DNA of 64,000 bases from Phycisphaerae bacterium (lineage in GTDB: Bacteria > Planctomycetota > Phycisphaerae > SM23-33), in contig JBDKRA010000021.1 of assembly GCA_039683615.1 (NCBI GenBank), positions 1 through 64,000 of the forward strand, read 5' to 3'. Every line of letters starts with the position of its first letter. The stretch's first letter is position 1. Both the position numbers and the translations under genes were made by a program. Below are positions 49,001 through 57,399 of the stretch, one piece after another. The notes below the pieces were generated by a model. The model worked only from the letters and a program-made list of their open reading frames with translations. It searched no databases and was not told the DNA's origin.

Positions 49001-50617
49001 GCCGAGGGCGCCTCTGCCGGCGAAACGCTCATCCCGCTGATCAAGACCTCGGCGACGGGTCTGCCGTACTCGGTCAAGCTCTACCTGGCCGGGCGGGCCA
49101 GCGAGTCGCTGGGGCGCATCACCAAGATCACGCCCCCGAGCATCCGCATTATCGGGATCCCCGTCGAGCAGACCACGTGGAACCTGCAACTGCCCCGCGG
49201 ATACCGCTACAGCGAAGGCGGCGGAATGGCCAGGCGAGGCACCACCGACGACGAAGAGAAACAGGCCAAACGGGGAGAGGCGTATCGACTCGTGAGCCGC
49301 GTGGCCGCCCGGGGAAAACAAACCAAGCGCCTCCTCGACGCAGACGAATACTCCAGCGCCGGCAACGGCACGGGCTCGAACTCCTGGACAGACAACATTC
49401 GCCTGCAGAATGACAAATGGAACAAGAGTCGCGAAGAGGCGCGGCAGTTCATCGTCGAAAACCGCGAGACTCTGGGCCGCGAGGCCGAACGCCTCGAAAG
49501 GACGCTCACCGACGACTCCAACACCCAGTACGGACTGAACACGGTCTGGCAGCAGCGGCAGGAGCAGGCCGCCGCCGTCACCGGCGTTAACAACTTTCTC
49601 AACGGCTCGCTCAGCAACAGCGGAGTCTCGGACGCGCTGACCAATGAATGGCTCGGCCGATCCGCCGACTTCGTCACCCGCGCCAACGACGAGCAGCAGC
49701 GGCGCATCGCCGGCGAGCTGGAAAAGAACGACGCCGGCGGCAATGAGATCGTCGAGCGAGCCCTAGGCCGCAAGCTCCAGGAACAGGCCAAGGGCGGCGG
49801 GCGCGCCGGCATTGACGATGAGAAAAAAGAAGAAGCCCTCAAGGAACTCACCAAGCAGTTGGAAGACGAAGGTCGCCGGAACTTCGCCAAACAGCGCGTC
49901 CAGCTCCGCCAGCAGCAGGATGAACTGCAGTTCAACCGCCTCACCCGCAGCCAGTCCGACGGCAAGGACCTGGCCAAGAAGCCCGGCGGCAAGGGCAAGG
50001 GCGAGATGTACCACTTGCAGGGGGGCGCCAAATCGCCGCCGGCGGCGCCGCGGCCGGAACAGCCTCAGTCCTCTGATGGAAGCTGGGCTTACGATGGGCG
50101 CGGGCAGGCAAGAGCAGCGGGCGAACCGTTGGCATTGGGCGTGCGAGGCCCGGTCGCCGGCCAACCCGGCGGCGGGGGCCCCGCTCCGGTCGATAGGCCC
50201 GCGTCGGAACGCGCCGGCGACGCTATCCCCGCCCAGGCCGCCGTGGCGCTGGGCACCTTCTCTCTGCCGGTGAGCCTGCCCCGCGCCGACGGCGTGTCCA
50301 AAGACTTCGCCGGCAGCGGCAGCGACGTCAGCGTCACCATCTGGGCCATCAAGGACTCCACCGCCGGCGTGTGGGAATCGACCGCCGGGGCGGTCATCCT
50401 CCTGACGCTGCTGGCGCTGGCGCTGCGGATCTGGCGCCACGTGCAGCGCAGCGGACCCTCGGCCGGCAGTGCCGCGCGGATCGTGTCCTACGCGGTTCTG
50501 GCCGTCGCCGGATGGGTGCTCTGGGGCCTGGTGCCCGCCTTGGTGCTGACGGCTGTAGTCGCCGCCCTGGCCGAGGCGGCCCGCTACCTGCCCCAGCGCA
50601 AGGCCCGACAACTATAA
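43043..50617 (+). CDS. Giant secreted/membrane protein (2524 aa) made of two tandem fused copies of the unit found in 39751-43038, plus coiled-coil and G/P-rich C-terminal extension and terminal TM pair
   Basis: N-terminus MKNLPTWLITVAVLAGVGAANA + LYVPYRDLAAAL...GEFAALLTAA. Internal TM pair at about aa 1050-1110, then a signal-peptide-like MLLAAVLLMAQSARA followed by a second copy of the module (LVIPYEGEAAKADQAKKVLVSYAKFVELWNAA, about nt 46500-46700). C-terminal R/E/Q-rich coiled coil, G/P-rich region, TM helices at the end. Confidence 0.6.
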   Translation: MKNLPTWLITVAVLAGVGAANAQQQPAEKGNLYVPYRDLAAALDPAAKSILMDRGEFAALLTAAKANQAAADSRQLGQVTVARYQADVTGQSLRLTGDLEVISLSDRPVAVPLAFARLGLLKVTLDGKSAPLGYDDGALVLLVSGKGKHAVTIEASAALAELPLSRFPAGGLQFGISIPPAVAGTMTLTAPGDLEISTSAAMGKSAYDRATDRTRVELTIGGRDSVTAVLLGNGRQEAQKPILLGESTSSVEVETDSQTLHCLYMVDVLRRSIRELQFAVDASWTITAVTCPGLVRWSVEAGKGGANILTVRLGSASRGLQALHIKATAVEKIGGDWRSPRVILQDAAFQRGYLLVNTQRDLRVRGHDLSDARREDAGATQVPALFGLLTGRLYYHWGADWSVKLRTAKVPLRRESQDRQRLAVGDKSLTLTGDFQVTAVGSEMFDMNFRLPPAAWELVSVTVNGSAQGFEYHVTDDPTPATQPAASAPAAGRRLRIELARPVQPEAVANVSVTLQHVPQNWLWRAGSTPRVIVMPLLACQADQVSGVVSVSTSDDLDAAPDAVLDAIKAVNVGRMTSMGLSSDVQLAWTYDQQPPAANVAVAISRRTARLAAESVGLVSLTAEHMRGHWRVTYNITRARTAELALLVDNSLGEEVSIEVPGRRIAAKRRIEAGLRKEDAAEKFMTLEGSERSQVPQGYSLWKITLDAEASGQVAVDVTYSRPLPVKGFALPLVRPYGADQVTEYLALQAAEELAVDAKANAAGRGIDSADLPSLPEKAARLLAAWRFENGAAEPAVNVSTTVYQTVAIPAALAGSAELTTYLDSQGNQRTQALFKLVNAGLQFVSIQLPANATLWSITVDGQPSKPQRDTTGNYMVHLPRSSRSPLVKVVYGATGNSGDMHALAAASLPGVKINTVSWTVLTAPGFCITAQDSNMTSDGLYSVAPAYQQMTELSFGFKRVSANVIASSPYNAPSKRPDGEVTAEVSMESQAMRKDAKKESAPAQKPADLPASVVLDHGRGLVVAGRYTLPVELSETGDYGDRVTFSSLDPLPLAVGITQESSLDSFALLGFVLAGLAGLLRVNARARQKARFIIAILIGASLVAVWWQDAAPFMNGMFWAAMLLIVFYPAVGLVRIILRAVRPRPIPVLARAVMLLAAVLLMAQSARAGDAQANNAPVQAGKPVVAPLVIPYEGEAAKADQAKKVLVSYAKFVELWNAAHPDQAIDLVPAAGKLWLADVRYAAAVKGDTLTLTLTAQAQTLGKGLVVVPIPFEGVALTAASLDDKPVPISSGEKGMMLTLPAAAKGTLKLSAVTTAKPQAGRPTVNLTLPPLPAGVMTVALPADDLVLEVPQAQGSLTTRKADGGVEWTVPLGLARALTLRWSPKAGGGTVDRTLSAAANHDVSFNHWGIIGATQMVFTFSATDYDQFRLLVPAGMSLTTLTGANLRDFAIVATANTEGQNYDVVLVRLHRPAAKTYEMTAKWAAALPALDKPFALPLPQAGDVARESGAATLRVAGGITLTEIGVEGGRRRGLGEGGRSGETAADATREVSSYYWPYRPFALTLKLHRSETQTAAVVNQLVRIDARRCQLLVQANLTARRGRLFEASFALPDGYELLSAAGAAVEDFHVEPAPAGRRLYVNLRGGATSTSLALVLVKSPLSLGRLSVPKVTLLDTAGAPLAEQTGRLAVQLAASLEAHTLTSENLASAPPARVLDGWLGSDDIRAAQFAYQYDRPAIALDLDVRAKPTRTSVEVVAGVTVQPTAAWYTYRLRYAISGSPIDHISFTLPSQYASLAAVTCPAMRSVKTEDAGGARTRWTVSLINEVTGVLDVAVNFATPITAQTTALTVPRVVTAAPEGYRCVVAVQNLSRHELSVESASEMSALPASQQRDLLGAAHASLQYVFQAFSDTWTLALKLKPAEPAKRTTAIIDLMAIATTIDLEGNSRYEVELMLQNRSEQFLHVKVPPELKLWSAYVDGKAVKPAAEGASAGETLIPLIKTSATGLPYSVKLYLAGRASESLGRITKITPPSIRIIGIPVEQTTWNLQLPRGYRYSEGGGMARRGTTDDEEKQAKRGEAYRLVSRVAARGKQTKRLLDADEYSSAGNGTGSNSWTDNIRLQNDKWNKSREEARQFIVENRETLGREAERLERTLTDDSNTQYGLNTVWQQRQEQAAAVTGVNNFLNGSLSNSGVSDALTNEWLGRSADFVTRANDEQQRRIAGELEKNDAGGNEIVERALGRKLQEQAKGGGRAGIDDEKKEEALKELTKQLEDEGRRNFAKQRVQLRQQQDELQFNRLTRSQSDGKDLAKKPGGKGKGEMYHLQGGAKSPPAAPRPEQPQSSDGSWAYDGRGQARAAGEPLALGVRGPVAGQPGGGGPAPVDRPASERAGDAIPAQAAVALGTFSLPVSLPRADGVSKDFAGSGSDVSVTIWAIKDSTAGVWESTAGAVILLTLLALALRIWRHVQRSGPSAGSAARIVSYAVLAVAGWVLWGLVPALVLTAVVAALAEAARYLPQRKARQL

Positions 50618-50664
50618 GAACTTTCGCTCTGCCGTGAGGTTGAAGCACAAAGGGCTTCACTAGG

Positions 50665-52143
50665 TTGCAGGAGAGCGAGATGGACTATCCCAGGTTCGGG
50701 ACCGGGCGAGTCTTATTTGCGGCGATCACCGTGATGGCGATTTGGAGCAGCATTGCCTCGGGCCAGGCCCAGGCGCCGGTCGGTCCGAAAATCAAGATCG
50801 CCGTCCTGGGCGACTCGATCTCGACGCAGCCGCACTGGCCTGACCGGCTGGGCAAGCTGCTGGGCGAGGGATACGAGGTGAAGGCCTTCGCCGCAAACGG
50901 CACGGGCATCATCCGCTCGAACATCCGCTCGATCTGGCGGCGCTACGAGATGGCCCATGCCTGCCAGTGGCAGCCCAACGTCATGATCCTGATGTACGAC
51001 CACGCCGCCAGTCGCAAGGGCGAGTGGAACGAGAAGGCCTTCCTGGCCGACTACAAGGAACTCATCGCCCGCCTGCAGACGAAGGTCGCCTCCAAGCCCA
51101 AGCTCTACATCTGCCTGCCGATCCCGGCGATGGACGAGTGCTACTTCGGGATCGTGGCCGACACGCTCAACAACCACGTCGTGCCGGCGGTGCGAAAGGT
51201 GGCCGAGGAGACCGCCGTCCCGTTGATCGACACGCACACGCCCATCAAGGGCAAGGCCGACATGATCGGAATGGACGGCGTCTTCCCCACTGAGCGCGGC
51301 TATGCCACTATCGCCGTGACGGTCTACAAGGCGCTGACCGGCAAAGACGCCCCGCCCCAACCGGAAATCCTCGCCGCCGTGCCGGTGGTCAAGACCGCCA
51401 CGCCCGCCGAGCAGGCCGTCGAGGGATGGAAGGACAAGCCCGCCGCAGCCAAGGCCGAACTCACGGCCGCCATCGTGCTGGACCCCAAAGGTGACGGACC
51501 CGACGCCAAGCCCAACACCGACGACGATGCGTGGGGCTTCTGGTTCATGTTGGCCGACCCCACCCACCGCTACAATCGCCTGGACCTGCCGACCTGGACC
51601 ATGCCCGACGACCAGCGAAAGAACGGAATCCGCGACCCGAACTCGCCGGCCGGGCACCAGGGCAAAGTCACCGGCCCGATCGCCTCTTCGCTGCCGGACC
51701 TGATTGATTCGGAAGGATGGATCTTCCACACCGACTGGGACGGCCGCTACGAAGGCATCTGGGGCAACAAGCGGGCCAACTGCGTGCTGATGCATCCGTA
51801 CGTCGAGAAGAACGGCCACCACGCGGTCGCTGTCACATACACTGTGCCGGCCTCGGGCGTCTACACCCTCTCGGGCAAAGTGACGGACCTGCAGGTCGTC
51901 AACAACTACGTCAAGTGCGACGGGATCACGTGGAAGATCGAAATCGCCGAGGGCGGCGAGACTGGCGTGCTGTTGGGCAAGGGCCAGGCCGGCGACGGCC
52001 ACGGAAGACCCGATTCAACCGAGTTCAAGATCGAGAAGGTCAAGATCGGCGGCGGCAAGAACATCCGCCTGGTGATCCACCCCAACTTCTGGTGGGGCAC
52101 CGATCTGACGCGCATCGACTCCTTCAAGATCGAAAGGCAGTAG
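50665..52143 (+). CDS. SGNH/GDSL-family hydrolase with an additional C-terminal beta-rich domain, secreted
   Basis: Signal peptide then KIKIAVLGDSIS (GDS(L) block I), later SGNH blocks; 492 aa. Confidence 0.6.
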   Translation: MQESEMDYPRFGTGRVLFAAITVMAIWSSIASGQAQAPVGPKIKIAVLGDSISTQPHWPDRLGKLLGEGYEVKAFAANGTGIIRSNIRSIWRRYEMAHACQWQPNVMILMYDHAASRKGEWNEKAFLADYKELIARLQTKVASKPKLYICLPIPAMDECYFGIVADTLNNHVVPAVRKVAEETAVPLIDTHTPIKGKADMIGMDGVFPTERGYATIAVTVYKALTGKDAPPQPEILAAVPVVKTATPAEQAVEGWKDKPAAAKAELTAAIVLDPKGDGPDAKPNTDDDAWGFWFMLADPTHRYNRLDLPTWTMPDDQRKNGIRDPNSPAGHQGKVTGPIASSLPDLIDSEGWIFHTDWDGRYEGIWGNKRANCVLMHPYVEKNGHHAVAVTYTVPASGVYTLSGKVTDLQVVNNYVKCDGITWKIEIAEGGETGVLLGKGQAGDGHGRPDSTEFKIEKVKIGGGKNIRLVIHPNFWWGTDLTRIDSFKIERQ

Positions 52144-52221
52144 CGCCGGCTTCTGAGATCGCGACTACTTCTTTGGCGGCAGAAAGGTTCGTTTGTCCAG
52201 GACCTTGCCCGTTTCGTTGAT

Positions 52222-53154
52222 CTAATCCGCACTATCGAGAACCCGGTCCGCCAGATGCTCGGGCGTTTCGTCGGGTGCGGCGTCGAGCCACTGGACGGCG
52301 GCCCATCGGCGGTGCCAGGTACGCTGTTTTTTGGCCAGGCGGCGGGTGTTGATCTTGATCTGCTCGGCGGCCTCATCAAGGGTGCATCGGCCCTGGAGGT
52401 GCTCGATCATCTCGGCGTATCCGACGGCTTGGGCGGCCTGCATGCTCAGGCCGGCCGGTTCGGCCAGCAGGGCGGCGACCTCGTCGCGCAGACCCGCTTC
52501 GATCATGAGCTTCGCCCTCAGGTTGATGCGGCGGGCCTGGTCGGCCTTGTCGCGACGCAGGCCGATGAACGTACATTCGTACCGCGCCGCGCCGCCGGGG
52601 GCGTCCCACTGCTCCTGATGGGCGCTGATGGGCTTGCCCGTGACGCGATACACCTCCAGCGCCCGCACGATGCGGCGCTGATCGTTAGGATGGATGCGCG
52701 CGGCCGCCTCCGGGTCTACAGCTGCCAGCTCCACGTGCAGGGCAGCGAGGCCCTCGACGGCCGCACGGGCAAGCAACTCGCCGCGGACACCGGCGTCGGC
52801 CGACGCGCCTTCAAAGAGCCCTTCTGACAGGGCCTTGATGTACAGGCTCGTGCCGCCGACGGCCAGGATCGGCCGGCCCGCAGCGGCGATGCCGGCGACG
52901 GCCGCATCGGCATGGTCGAGATACTGCGCGACCGAGAAGCTCTCGCTTGGCTCGACGAGATCGATGCAGTGGTGGGGGATGGCCGCCCGCACGGCGGCAG
53001 GGGGCTTGGCCGTGCCGATGTCCATGCGGCGGTAGACCTTCATCGAGTCGACGCTGATGATGTGCCCGCCGCTTCGGCGCGCCAGCTCGCGCCCCAGCGA
53101 GCCCTTGCCGCTGGCGGTGCAGCCGAGGATAAAGGTGATCTTCGGGCGAGCCAT
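52222..53154 (-). CDS. miaA: tRNA dimethylallyltransferase
   Basis: P-loop ILGCTASGKGSLGRELA; ISVDSMKVYRRMDIGTAKP; LIGGTSLY-like LAVGGTSLYIKAL. Confidence 0.85.
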   Translation of the reverse strand: MARPKITFILGCTASGKGSLGRELARRSGGHIISVDSMKVYRRMDIGTAKPPAAVRAAIPHHCIDLVEPSESFSVAQYLDHADAAVAGIAAAGRPILAVGGTSLYIKALSEGLFEGASADAGVRGELLARAAVEGLAALHVELAAVDPEAAARIHPNDQRRIVRALEVYRVTGKPISAHQEQWDAPGGAARYECTFIGLRRDKADQARRINLRAKLMIEAGLRDEVAALLAEPAGLSMQAAQAVGYAEMIEHLQGRCTLDEAAEQIKINTRRLAKKQRTWHRRWAAVQWLDAAPDETPEHLADRVLDSAD

Positions 53155-53175
53155 GCCGCCACTGTACTCCCTTTC

Positions 53176-53192
53176 GATTTCCAATTTCCAGT
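53176..53192. promoter_or_regulatory. GGAAATTGGAAATCGA motif in the miaA leader
   Basis: Reverse complement of 53173-53192 gives aaaactggaaattggaaatcgaaaggg, 21 nt upstream of the miaA ATG; the same ggaaattggaaatcga string is upstream of leuC. Confidence 0.45.
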
Positions 53193-53211
53193 TTTCGTGA
53201 AGGGGCGAAGC

Positions 53212-54012
53212 TCAGGCCGGCGCCTTGGCGTTCTTTGCCTTCTGCACCATCGGGCGATAGAGGCTGTCGACGACGTTGCGGACGAACTGCTCGCTCGACA
53301 GGCCGTCGGTGGCTTCCTGGGGAAAGGAGGAGAGCGACTGGAAGTGGTCGGCCAATTCGGTGAAGACCTGCAGCCGGTTGTCGGCGTGGAGGGTTTCGCG
53401 GCGGAGCATGGCCTCGGCAGCCAGGCGCGCCTCATCGGCGGAGATCTTGTGGCGCAGGCGGGCTTCGAGGATGGGCCAGGCGCGGAAGGAGTTGAACTTG
53501 TCTTCGGCCAGTACGACGCTCAGGTCCGGTTCGTACGTCCGCGGGGAGGCCACGACGACCGTTCCGCCGGCCAGATCGCCGAGGCGCTGGCCGTGGCGGC
53601 TCAGGAGCATCGACAGCCCGCCGACGAGATACATCGCCGGTATCGAGTCGACGGGGCGCAGCAGGTTGCGGATCAGCACCTGGCTGAAGGTCAGGGGCAT
53701 GGCCTGGTTGTCCATGACGCGCAGGCCCAGGGCCTTCTTGCCCAGGGTCTGCCCGCCCCATCGCCACTCGAGCACCACGCCGTACCCGATGCCCACCAGG
53801 AAGACCAGGATACCGTACAGGGCGTTAATCAGCCCGCCCAGCAGCGGCGCCAGCGGGCTGAGCAACATCGAGAGGACAATGTAGAGCCCGATCTCGACAA
53901 ACAGGTCGATGAACCACGCGAGCATTCGGGCGGCCGGCCCGGCCAGCGGATACGAAAAGGCGTACCCTTCGGGCGTACGGATGACCAGCGTGTTGGTGCG
54001 GCGGCTAGCCAT
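53212..54012 (-). CDS. RDD family membrane protein
   Basis: LAWFIDLFVEIGL...RWGGQTLGKKALGLRV... is the RDD motif region; 3 TM helices. Confidence 0.65.
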   Translation of the reverse strand: MASRRTNTLVIRTPEGYAFSYPLAGPAARMLAWFIDLFVEIGLYIVLSMLLSPLAPLLGGLINALYGILVFLVGIGYGVVLEWRWGGQTLGKKALGLRVMDNQAMPLTFSQVLIRNLLRPVDSIPAMYLVGGLSMLLSRHGQRLGDLAGGTVVVASPRTYEPDLSVVLAEDKFNSFRAWPILEARLRHKISADEARLAAEAMLRRETLHADNRLQVFTELADHFQSLSSFPQEATDGLSSEQFVRNVVDSLYRPMVQKAKNAKAPA

Positions 54013-55066
54013 CGGCGTCTCCGGCGTCGCTGCGCCCGGCAAAGCCCAGCAGCAGCACCAGGCCTGTCAGTTCGATACAGCCGAAGGTGATCTTGGCCCA
54101 GTACGGCAGCACCGGCCAATGGTACTGCGAGATGAAGGCTTCGATGAGCCCGGCCCAGACCAGCATGACGGCCACGCCGATGATGAGGGTGACCAGGTCG
54201 GGCGCGACGCTTTTGAGCCGCGCCGAGAGGCGGTGGCGGTCGCCCCATCCGATGACGGCGCGGCCGAGCACGAGCCCGGCCTGACCGGCCAGGAAGATCG
54301 CCGGCAGTTCGATCGACCCGTGCGGCAGCAGCCACCCGACGAGGAACGTGCCCTCGCCGGCGCGGAAGTAGTCCAGCGTCACCGAGCCGAGGATCAGCCC
54401 GTTGTAGAACAGCATCACGATCGTGCCGACGCCCCAGGTGATGCCCAGCGCCATCGTGTTGATCGACACGCGCGTGTTGTGCGTCATGTACATGCCGGCC
54501 GCTTCGGTCTTGTGGCCGGCGAAGGGATTCTGCACCTGCTGCTCTTCGTGCTTGACGCGGTCTCGCGGGTCGCCCCGCAGATGCGAGAAGGGAAGGATGG
54601 TGGGCTTGCCCTCGGTGTCGATGGCCGTCAGGAGCGCTCCGATCAGCGCCGCGGCCAGCGAAACCGTCAGGGACAGCCAGAACGCATTGGCGTGCTTTCG
54701 GAACGTTTGCGGGAAGGTGTTGAAGAACCAGTGGACCGGGCGGACCCGCCGGCGCGGCGCGGCCGTCACGTGGATCACGGCGTATGCCCGGGCCACCAGC
54801 GCCTCGACGTGCGTTCGAAGTTGCGGTTGGGCGCAGAACGTGTCCAGGCGCGCCAGGTCGGCAGAGGCCCGCTCGTACAGGTAATGCAGCCGCCGCACCT
54901 GTTCGATCTGCGCGGCGAGGTAGTCGGCCGGCGGCTCTTGCCCCTCCGCGCGCTCGTGGCGCACCAGCCGCCAGGCCGGGTCGGTCTCGAGCATGCCCAG
55001 CATCGACTCGAGCTCCTGCCAGTACGGCTGCTCGGCGTCCACAAATTGTCGCAGGTCGATGATCAC
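54005..55066 (-). CDS. Stage II sporulation protein M-like / DUF95 family membrane protein
   Basis: 353 aa, GTG start overlapping the upstream gene's stop (GTGA). Multi-TM C-terminal half with FYNGLILGSV...LLPHGSIELPAIFLAGQAG, typical of the SpoIIM/DUF95 family. Confidence 0.6.
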   Translation of the reverse strand: MIIDLRQFVDAEQPYWQELESMLGMLETDPAWRLVRHERAEGQEPPADYLAAQIEQVRRLHYLYERASADLARLDTFCAQPQLRTHVEALVARAYAVIHVTAAPRRRVRPVHWFFNTFPQTFRKHANAFWLSLTVSLAAALIGALLTAIDTEGKPTILPFSHLRGDPRDRVKHEEQQVQNPFAGHKTEAAGMYMTHNTRVSINTMALGITWGVGTIVMLFYNGLILGSVTLDYFRAGEGTFLVGWLLPHGSIELPAIFLAGQAGLVLGRAVIGWGDRHRLSARLKSVAPDLVTLIIGVAVMLVWAGLIEAFISQYHWPVLPYWAKITFGCIELTGLVLLLGFAGRSDAGDADG

Positions 55067-56430
55067 AGGAGCTGCCTCTGCTTGACGGCCATGTATTGCG
55101 AGATCAATTGCGCGCTGAGCGTTTCGTTATCGAGTTGGTGGAAGCTGATCCCGCGGCGGCGGAGGGCGGCTTCCAGCTCGCGCAGGCGGCGCCACTGCAG
55201 GTGCCCGCCCAGGCCGGCGTAGATGTCCTCGACGCTGGCGGCCTCGCGCTCGAACAGCGGCGCCACGTCGGGGTTCTTCAGCGAGCTGACCAGCACCAGG
55301 TGCTGGCGGCTGACGACCCGCACGTGGTGGGCGAACTGCTCGGCGATGATCGGGTCGTCGAGGTTGGTCAGGATGATCAGCAGCGCGCGACGGCGGATGC
55401 GCGTGCGCACGAAAGAGAACAGCTCGCCGAAGTCCGGCGTGACGGCGCTGGGCTGGACGTTGAGCAGCGTGTCGCGGCACGCGCGGAAGTGCCCGCGCCC
55501 GCCGCGGGCCCGCAGAAAGCGGTCCACCTGCGTCGTGAAGGTCGCCAGGCCCAGCAGGTCCCCCTGGCGATGGGCGGCCATCGCCAGCACCAGCGAGGCC
55601 GTCACGAACCGTTCGAGCATGTTGGTCGTGCCGCCGAGGTCCTCCACGCCGTCGCCGCGCTCGGCGCCGGGCAGGGCGATGGCCCGCCCGCTGAGGCGCG
55701 ACGAGTCGATCAGCACGTACACTTCCTGCGTGCGCTCGATCTGGTAGATCTTGGTGACGGGGCGGCCTCGCTTGGCGGTGGCCTTCCAGTGAATGTCCGC
55801 GTAGCTGTCGCCGGGGATGTACGCGCGGAGCTTTTCGAAGTCGCGCCCCTGCCCGACCTGGCGCTGGGCGTGGACCCCGTAGCCGCCGCGGTTGAGAAAC
55901 AGCGCCGCCGCGCTGCGTCGCTCGGCGCCGAGGTTGGGGTAGACGCATATCTCTCCGTGGACAGGCAGAGCCTTGCGCATCGCCCACAGGCCCAGGGGCG
56001 AGGGTGTTTCGACCCAGCAGGTCTCCAGCGCGAACCGCCCTCGCCGCGCGGGGCGGCAGGTCCAGACGGCGTAGGCGCTGCTGGGGCCGCCCTGGGGCTT
56101 GAGCCTGAAGTCGATGTCGGCCTGGGGGCACGAGATCTCCGGCGGCAAGGCCAGCACCGCCCGCAGACGCAGGTCCCGTCCGCGCGAGTCGATGGCCACC
56201 AGCGTAATCTGGCCCTCGACGTCCCGCGTCAGGCGAGCCCCGTGCGGGGCGCTCATGCTCAGGCCGCCAAAGATGCCGATGGCGGCCGCGGCGTCGCCCG
56301 CGGCCACCAGCATCACGATCGCCAGGATGAGGATGACCGGCGTCGCCAGAGTCGGCGACAGCGCCGCCGCCACCGTCAGCGGGACGGCGGTCAAACCCAC
56401 CAGTCGGATCAGTCGGTTCTGCGGGGCCAT
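55063..56430 (-). CDS. DUF58 domain protein (VWA-like, MoxR-associated)
   Basis: N-terminal TM pair; DFEKLRAYIPGDSYADIHWKATAKRGRPVTKIYQIERTQEVYVLIDSS is the hallmark DUF58 block. Confidence 0.7.
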   Translation of the reverse strand: MAPQNRLIRLVGLTAVPLTVAAALSPTLATPVILILAIVMLVAAGDAAAAIGIFGGLSMSAPHGARLTRDVEGQITLVAIDSRGRDLRLRAVLALPPEISCPQADIDFRLKPQGGPSSAYAVWTCRPARRGRFALETCWVETPSPLGLWAMRKALPVHGEICVYPNLGAERRSAAALFLNRGGYGVHAQRQVGQGRDFEKLRAYIPGDSYADIHWKATAKRGRPVTKIYQIERTQEVYVLIDSSRLSGRAIALPGAERGDGVEDLGGTTNMLERFVTASLVLAMAAHRQGDLLGLATFTTQVDRFLRARGGRGHFRACRDTLLNVQPSAVTPDFGELFSFVRTRIRRRALLIILTNLDDPIIAEQFAHHVRVVSRQHLVLVSSLKNPDVAPLFEREAASVEDIYAGLGGHLQWRRLRELEAALRRRGISFHQLDNETLSAQLISQYMAVKQRQLL

Positions 56431-57395
56431 CAGCGCGGTACCGTGAGTCCTTGAAGAATGCGGGAGATCACTTCATCGACGGTCAGGCCTTCGATCTCGT
56501 ACTCGGGACGCAGGATCAGGCGATGCTGCAGGGCCGGACCGGCCATGTCGCGCACGTCGTCGGGGGTGACGAAGTCGCGCCCGGCGATGGCAGCGCTGGC
56601 GCGGGCGGCCGCCAGCAGCGCCTGCGTGCCGCGGGGCCCGGCGCCGACGAGCACGCTCTCGTGCTCGCGCGTCCCGCGGACGACGTCCACCACGTACGCC
56701 AGCAGCTCGTCCTTGACGATGATGGTCTGCAGGCAGCGGCGAAACGCCGCCAGGTGGCTGCCCTGGATGACGGCCGCGACGCCGCCGGCGTCGAGAACGG
56801 CCTCGGGCGACTGCGGACCGAGCATCCGCCGCGCCAGGGCCAGTTCCTCCTCGCGGGCGGGGCAGTCCATCATGATCTTGAGCATGAAGCGGTCTTTCTG
56901 GGCCTCGGGCAGCGGGTACGTGCCTTCGTACTCGATGGGGTTCTGCGTGGCGAAGACGGTGAAGTTGTCGCCCAGTTCGTGCGTCTGGCGGTCGATGGTG
57001 ACTCGGCGCTCCTGCATGGCCTGGAGCAGGGCCGCCTGCGTCTTGGCCGGGGCGCGGTTGATCTCGTCGGCCAGCAGGAAGCTGGTGAACACCGGCCCGC
57101 GCACGAGGGTGAACTGGTGGTTCTGGAAATCAAACACGTTGGTGCCGGTGATGTCGGTGGGCATCAGGTCGGGCGTGAACTGGATGCGCCCGAACTCGCA
57201 GCCCAGCACGCGGGCCAGGCACCGCACCAGCAGCGTCTTGGCCACGCCCGGCACGCCTTCGACCAGCGCGTGATTGCCGCTGAAGATCACGATCAGCGCC
57301 TGGTCGATCACCTTCTGCTGGCCGATGATGACTTTGCCCACCTCGGCGCGGGCGGCGGCCAGTACGTCCAGCAACTCTTTCACGGACACGTCCAT
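56430..57395 (-). CDS. MoxR-family AAA+ ATPase
   Basis: Walker A GVPGVAKT, Walker B/sensor region LLADEINRAPAKTQAALLQAMQE; 321 aa from MDVSVKELL (ATGA overlap with the downstream DUF58 gene). Confidence 0.85.
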   Translation of the reverse strand: MDVSVKELLDVLAAARAEVGKVIIGQQKVIDQALIVIFSGNHALVEGVPGVAKTLLVRCLARVLGCEFGRIQFTPDLMPTDITGTNVFDFQNHQFTLVRGPVFTSFLLADEINRAPAKTQAALLQAMQERRVTIDRQTHELGDNFTVFATQNPIEYEGTYPLPEAQKDRFMLKIMMDCPAREEELALARRMLGPQSPEAVLDAGGVAAVIQGSHLAAFRRCLQTIIVKDELLAYVVDVVRGTREHESVLVGAGPRGTQALLAAARASAAIAGRDFVTPDDVRDMAGPALQHRLILRPEYEIEGLTVDEVISRILQGLTVPR

Positions 57396-57399
57396 TGCG

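Noticed and set aside
46145-49321. 1058-aa antisense ORF (and others, e.g. 43001-44929 and 40168-42099) inside the giant protein genes
   Set aside because: Same GC-driven artefact: R/G/A/D-rich composition, no motifs. The sense frames encode coherent signal peptides and TM segments.
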